64,000 bases of DNA, taken from contig CAXXJJ010000004.1 of assembly GCA_963667015.2 (NCBI GenBank), positions 2,432,001 through 2,496,000 on the forward strand, written 5' to 3'. Under the pieces are notes generated by a model. It was given only the letters and a program-made list of their open reading frames with translations, had not been told where the DNA came from and searched no databases. The stretch's first letter is position 1. Every line of letters starts with the position of its first letter. Positions 59,153-64,000 of this stretch are shown piece after piece. This DNA comes from Desulfatiglandales bacterium (GTDB lineage Bacteria; Desulfobacterota; DSM-4660; Desulfatiglandales; HGW-15). The position numbers and the translations under genes were made by a program.

Positions 59153-60047
59153 TTCTGGCCATGAAGAATCCAACTGAATTGGTAAGGTGAGGGTAGAATC
59201 TTGCTGATTTTTCAAGCTGTTTGTCATAGGACGAATCCTTCCAACCGGTTAACCCGCGCATATGGGGGAAATTAATATCAAGTGGCAGCAGTTCCGCATC
59301 CCTGTTATCCAGTAAAAATTGAACCGCCGCCTCATTTTCCTCTGGATTATAGGTACAGGTAGAATAGAGCATTACACCGCCGACCTTAAGGAGATCAAAT
59401 CCCCTTAAAATCATTTTTTTCTGCAAATCAAGAAGCTTGTTTCCGGGATGGGGTTTGGAGGGATAGCTCTTACCCGTTCCCTCAACCCTTCTGATCCTGC
59501 CTTCTCCTGAACAGGGAACATCGGCCAGGATGTAGTCAAAATGCTGCTTAAGAGGAAACTCCTGAGCCTGGTATTCCGTGTAAATCGTATTTATTACCCC
59601 GAGCCTTATAAGGGTGTGCCCGAGGGGGATATGCCTGCTTGCATAAAGCTCGTTGGAAACTATTACCCCGCTGTTTTCCATGATATCTGCCATATGGGCG
59701 GTTTTACCGCCCGGGGAGGAGCACATGTCAAGCACAAGAGTGTCTCTTTCCGGGGCCAGAACCATGGCGGCAAGGCATGATGTCAATGCCTGGGGATGTA
59801 TATAACCCGAGAAGTACTCCGGAAGGTTTCCCGGTGATTTCAGATCCGGGGCCTCGTAGAACCTGCCTCCTTCATCACCCATGGGTGTGAGGGGAATGCC
59901 TCTTTCTTCTAAAATATTAACAAGCCTGTCCGGCTCTACCTTTATTCGATTGACCCTGAAATGCACGGGTGGAGGATAGTTGAGACTTTCGATAAAATTA
60001 TCAAAATCAGGTATAATTTCGCGGTATGGGTCAAAAAATTTATACAT
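59136..60047 (-). CDS. RsmB/NOP2 family RNA m5C methyltransferase
   Basis: LDMCSSPGGKT, ILADVPCSGEG, LYSTCTYNPEENE, GFFMA. Confidence 0.92.
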   Translation of the reverse strand: MYKFFDPYREIIPDFDNFIESLNYPPPVHFRVNRIKVEPDRLVNILEERGIPLTPMGDEGGRFYEAPDLKSPGNLPEYFSGYIHPQALTSCLAAMVLAPERDTLVLDMCSSPGGKTAHMADIMENSGVIVSNELYASRHIPLGHTLIRLGVINTIYTEYQAQEFPLKQHFDYILADVPCSGEGRIRRVEGTGKSYPSKPHPGNKLLDLQKKMILRGFDLLKVGGVMLYSTCTYNPEENEAAVQFLLDNRDAELLPLDINFPHMRGLTGWKDSSYDKQLEKSARFYPHLTNSVGFFMARIGKRG

Positions 60048-60280
60048 TACTCTTCATCATTATTTTCTTTGCCTTTTCTGCACCAGATCATTCGATAGAT
60101 AAAACCAAAAAAGAGTGTGGCACTGATAGAGATAATCATGCTGGCTGAGAAAAACAGGATAAGGAATTCATAGGGATTATTAAGCTTCCAGGCCTCAATG
60201 ACCATCTGGATTCCAAATATGAGGACAAGGCCCGACAGGAGACAAACGAATATATGTTTGATCCACCACATTATGATCAT
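60047..60280 (-). CDS. Small two-TM membrane protein
   Basis: Translationally coupled on both sides; two hydrophobic helices. Confidence 0.65.
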   Translation of the reverse strand: MIIMWWIKHIFVCLLSGLVLIFGIQMVIEAWKLNNPYEFLILFFSASMIISISATLFFGFIYRMIWCRKGKENNDEE

Positions 60281-61236
60281 ATATTCAGTTTTTTTGAAAT
60301 TATTTCATCTGAAACAGTATATGGATCTTTTTCGCCGCTCATCACGGACCTTACACCATTCATGAATTCACCGTCGGTTTCGAACCTGTTAATGATTTCC
60401 TCCACAATACGGCTCTTTATCATCTCCAGGAGTTCTTCCCTGGCAACAGATTCGTTTTTCCTTAAATTTATATCCCCTCTTTTTTGCGTAATATATTTTC
60501 TGTGTTTTTCTATCTCATCAATCACAGTATCTATCCCGCTGTTTTCCGATGCCACAGTCTTTAATACAGGCGGATGCCAATGATTTTCCCTTTTCCCATC
60601 CATGCCCATCTCTATCATTGTCACCAGGTCGGTAAGGGTCTTGTCAACACCGTCCCTGTCGGATTTATTGATAATAAAGAGATCACCCACCTCAAGAATG
60701 CCGGCCTTAATGGCCTGTATATCATCACCCATCCCCGGGATAACAACAATAGCCGTGGTATGGGCCTTTTTAACTATATCGACTTCGTCCTGCCCGACAC
60801 CAACGGTCTCAACAATGATATAATCCTTACCCATGGCATCCATAACATCGATTGCGCCCCTTGTGGACAGGGTCAGCCCGCCGAAATGTCCTCTTGTGGC
60901 AAGGGACCTGATAAATACATCGTGATCGCTGCTGTGTCGCTGCATCCTGATCCTGTCCCCCAGAATTGCACCCCCGCTGAAGGGGCTTGTAGGATCTATT
61001 GCAATAACGCCCACTTTTTTATTTCCTGACCTCAGTTTCTCTATAAGCCTGTCAACAAGGGTGCTTTTACCAACGCCCGGGGCCCCGGTTATACCGATCA
61101 CATAGGCATTCCCGGTATGGGGATAAAGCTCTTTAAGAACCTCCCGAACACCGGGCGCACCATTATCAATATCGCTTATCAGCCTGGCGGCCGCCCGAAT
61201 ATCTCCCGAAAGGACTCTTTCTGCAGTGTCAGACAT
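60277..61236 (-). CDS. meaB: Methylmalonyl-CoA mutase-associated GTPase
   Basis: GITGAPGVGKST, DPTSPFSGGAILGDRIRM, ETVGVGQ, NKSD. Confidence 0.93.
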   Translation of the reverse strand: MSDTAERVLSGDIRAAARLISDIDNGAPGVREVLKELYPHTGNAYVIGITGAPGVGKSTLVDRLIEKLRSGNKKVGVIAIDPTSPFSGGAILGDRIRMQRHSSDHDVFIRSLATRGHFGGLTLSTRGAIDVMDAMGKDYIIVETVGVGQDEVDIVKKAHTTAIVVIPGMGDDIQAIKAGILEVGDLFIINKSDRDGVDKTLTDLVTMIEMGMDGKRENHWHPPVLKTVASENSGIDTVIDEIEKHRKYITQKRGDINLRKNESVAREELLEMIKSRIVEEIINRFETDGEFMNGVRSVMSGEKDPYTVSDEIISKKLNI

Positions 61237-61244
61237 TGAAGAAA

Positions 61245-62033
61245 TCAGAAAAGATCTCCCTTGAATTCCGGGGTTCTCTTTTCAACAAAGGCGTTCATAC
61301 CTTCCTTCTGGTCAGGGCTTGAAAATACAATACCAAAGGCATCGGATTCCATCCTGCATGCGTTGATCCTGTCCATATCAGTACCCCTGTCGATACAGTC
61401 TTTAATGCCCTTCAGGGCAACCCTTCCCTTGGTTGCAATCATTGATGCGGTTTTCATTGTTTCTTCCCAGAGTGTTTCAGCCGGAAAGACCTTGTTTACC
61501 AGGCCTATACTTTTTGCCTCATCGGCATTGATTATTCCGCCTGTCATACAGAGTTCCTTTGCAACATTGTTTCCGACAAGCCTGGCAAGTCTCTGGGTGC
61601 CCCCAAAACCGGGGATTACACCAAGGTTAATCTCGGGCTGTCCGAACTTTGCCTTTTCCGAGGCATAGATAAAATCACATGCCATGGCAATTTCGCAGCC
61701 GCCGCCCAGTGCAAAACCGTTTACGCATGCAATTACCGGCATTGGAAACTGTTCGATGCGGAAAAGAAGATCCTGGCCCACCCTGCCGAACTCCCTCGCC
61801 TGGAGAGGTGTAAGGGTAAGCATATGCTTGATATCGGCACCGGCTACAAATGCCCTGTCGCCTTCGCCTGTGAATACAAGGACCTTGATCTCTTTGTTCT
61901 CTGATATTTCATCAAGTGCAGTGTTTACCTCTGCAAGGACATCAGGATTAATTGCATTAAGAGCCTTCGGCCTGTTAAATTTTATAACAGCAACATTCCC
62001 CTCTACACTGAAAAGTATATTTTCATAGTCCAT
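61245..62033 (-). CDS. Enoyl-CoA hydratase (crotonase)
   Basis: AFVAGADI, NGFALGGGCE, FGQPEINLGVIPGFGGTQRL. Confidence 0.93.
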   Translation of the reverse strand: MDYENILFSVEGNVAVIKFNRPKALNAINPDVLAEVNTALDEISENKEIKVLVFTGEGDRAFVAGADIKHMLTLTPLQAREFGRVGQDLLFRIEQFPMPVIACVNGFALGGGCEIAMACDFIYASEKAKFGQPEINLGVIPGFGGTQRLARLVGNNVAKELCMTGGIINADEAKSIGLVNKVFPAETLWEETMKTASMIATKGRVALKGIKDCIDRGTDMDRINACRMESDAFGIVFSSPDQKEGMNAFVEKRTPEFKGDLF

Positions 62034-62324
62034 TATTCTGCTCCTTAGGAATAAAATTTAAAAAAAATAATATATTCAGGATTTTTATTAAACCTATTGC
62101 TTGAACCTTGAATCCTAAACATATAAAATATACACTGTTTTATCCACAGAGATATTGTTACATGGAAATACAGGTGAATATATAAAGATGTCACTTTCCA
62201 AGTCAAGTTAATTCAAACCCGAATAACCAGATGATTTTTCTTGACATTTTTTGTGCCACCGCCGATTTTTCAACAATATATCTTTGCTTTTAACAGAACA
62301 GAATTCAATTTATGGAGAAAAATT

Positions 62325-63635
62325 ATGAATCCGCTAGCCTTGGAATTAAATGAAATTATCAAAAAAGCCAACCCTGGTGTTTATGATATGCTTTCGGAAG
62401 TAGGGAAATCCCTTTTTTTTCCCAAGGGGATACTGACCCAGAGTGCCGAAGCAAAGGCAAAGGCACACAAATTTAACGCCACCATAGGAATGGCAAAGGA
62501 AAAGGGCGAAACCATGTTCCTTCCCTCTGTTATGAGTCAGATGGGCAGCTTCACGCCTGATGAATCACTTACATATGCACCGTCATATGGAACTGCCGAT
62601 CTCAGGAAGGCCTGGAAGGATTTAATAATCAAAAAAAATCCTTCTATTAAGGATAACAAAATCAGTCTTCCGGTTGTGACAAACGCTATTACACACGGTC
62701 TTTCGGTTATCGGGGACATGTGGGTCGATCCGGGCGACACCCTGGTCCTTCCGGACAAGATGTGGGGCAACTACAGCATGATTTACGAGGTAAGAAGGGG
62801 CGCCAGGATAGTTAAGTATTCTACCTTTAACAATGAGGGAGGGTATAATACCGAGGCACTCAAAAAATGCCTTGAAGAAGAAGCCGCAAAGTCCAAAAAG
62901 CTGGTAGTATTACTCAATTTCCCCAACAATCCAACAGGCTACAGCATAACCCCCGAAGAGGGGATAAAAATAGCTGACATCCTTACCGAACTTGCAGAAA
63001 AAGGTACAAATGTGGTTGCGGTTACAGATGATGCCTATTTTGGCCTCTTTTACGAGGATAATGTCATGAAGGAGTCTCTCTTCTCTCTGATTATAAACAG
63101 GCACCCCAGGCTGCTTGCAGTCAAACTGGACGGGGCCACAAAGGAGATTTATGTATGGGGGCTCAGGATAGGTTTTATTACCTATGGCGCGGTTGTTGAT
63201 GGTGACATAGATCTCTTCTATGACGCACTTGAGCGTAAGACAGCAGGGGATGTGAGGGGGAATATTTCAAACGTTTCCCATCTGAGCCAGACTATAATAG
63301 CAAAATCACTCGCTTCGGAAAATTTTGGACCGGAAAGCAGTGATAAATACAATGTTATGAAAGAAAGGGCGCTCGAAGTTAAAAAGGTGCTTTCAGACTC
63401 AAAATATGATAAAGTCTGGGAAGTTTATCCCTTCAACTCCGGTTATTTCATGTGTCTTAAACTTAAGACCGTTGATGCTGAGGCTCTCAGGGTTCATATC
63501 CTTGATAAATACGGTGTCGGTACAATTTCCATCGGTAAAACCGATTTACGAATAGCATTTTCCTGCATTGAAAAAGAAGATATCAGGGAGCTTTTTGAAA
63601 CAATATACAAAGGTATTCTGGACATAGAATCATAA
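62325..63635 (+). CDS. Class I/II PLP-dependent aminotransferase
   Basis: GGAG RBS; NFPNNPTGY, DDAYFG, DGATKE..VWGLRIG. Confidence 0.9.
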   Translation: MNPLALELNEIIKKANPGVYDMLSEVGKSLFFPKGILTQSAEAKAKAHKFNATIGMAKEKGETMFLPSVMSQMGSFTPDESLTYAPSYGTADLRKAWKDLIIKKNPSIKDNKISLPVVTNAITHGLSVIGDMWVDPGDTLVLPDKMWGNYSMIYEVRRGARIVKYSTFNNEGGYNTEALKKCLEEEAAKSKKLVVLLNFPNNPTGYSITPEEGIKIADILTELAEKGTNVVAVTDDAYFGLFYEDNVMKESLFSLIINRHPRLLAVKLDGATKEIYVWGLRIGFITYGAVVDGDIDLFYDALERKTAGDVRGNISNVSHLSQTIIAKSLASENFGPESSDKYNVMKERALEVKKVLSDSKYDKVWEVYPFNSGYFMCLKLKTVDAEALRVHILDKYGVGTISIGKTDLRIAFSCIEKEDIRELFETIYKGILDIES

Positions 63636-63735
63636 TAAACCATTTTAGGTAATCCCGGTGCATCCGCAGGGTGTCTGTCTTGAAAACAGATGACACCCTG
63701 ATGGTGGACCAGAGACCTGTCGGGGCGGCGAAAGG

Positions 63736-64000
63736 ATGTTCGGCATCTCTGAGAACCACATTGAACTGATTAAAAAACAGGCGTGGGCAAAAGACGCCCC
63801 TGTGGGTGATTTTTTCTGGACCAAACTGACCGAATGGATAGCGCAAAACCTTCTTCCGGATTTCGTAACAAAACTGACCAACCTTGTAGACTCAATCATT
63901 ACAATCGACCCTGATCATTCGGAAAGGGAAATCCTCAAGCTTATAGCAAAAAGGCTGGTCGAATCCCTCGGCGCGATTCTGGCTTCTGTTCGAATATATG
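63736..64000 (+). CDS. N-terminus of a possible GAF-domain protein (3' partial; start uncertain)
   Basis: Open frame MFGISENH...EILKLIAKRLVESLGAILASVRIY runs off the right edge. Confidence 0.45.
   Translation, partial: MFGISENHIELIKKQAWAKDAPVGDFFWTKLTEWIAQNLLPDFVTKLTNLVDSIITIDPDHSEREILKLIAKRLVESLGAILASVRIY

Overview
Chromosomal window from an anaerobic bacterium that looks like a Desulfobacterota member (hdrA-mvhD, lon, copA, meaB, crotonase, CooT, CheD-HDOD, several sigma54 promoters). It has three parts. (1) 1-27 kb: housekeeping and accessory genes. These include a UGA-containing (selenocysteine) mvhD/flpD missed by the ORF track, a TAG-interrupted membrane protein, several frameshifted or truncated genes, and a patch of short genes separated by attC-like hairpins. 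(2) About 27.45-50.56 kb: an AT-rich genomic island with no visible integrase, bounded by intact tRNA-Arg(TCT) and a 45-bp copy of its 3' end, with nested tRNA-Glu/Gln scars and an IS630 element. It carries an ABC transporter, divergent phosphorelay, bEBP and REC-PRTase operon, and a second operon that is the main find. That operon has a tandem-repeat peptide precursor (DEIPPGTFHGG units, differing only at synonymous sites), two small paralogous His/Cys proteins resembling a minimal E2 enzyme, a JAB protease-ThiF/E1 fusion, a ClpB-type AAA+ ATPase and a membrane protein. It is a candidate polyubiquitin-like short-peptide conjugation or RiPP system. (3) 50.6-64 kb: housekeeping genes. All family calls come from motif recognition by eye; no searches were run.
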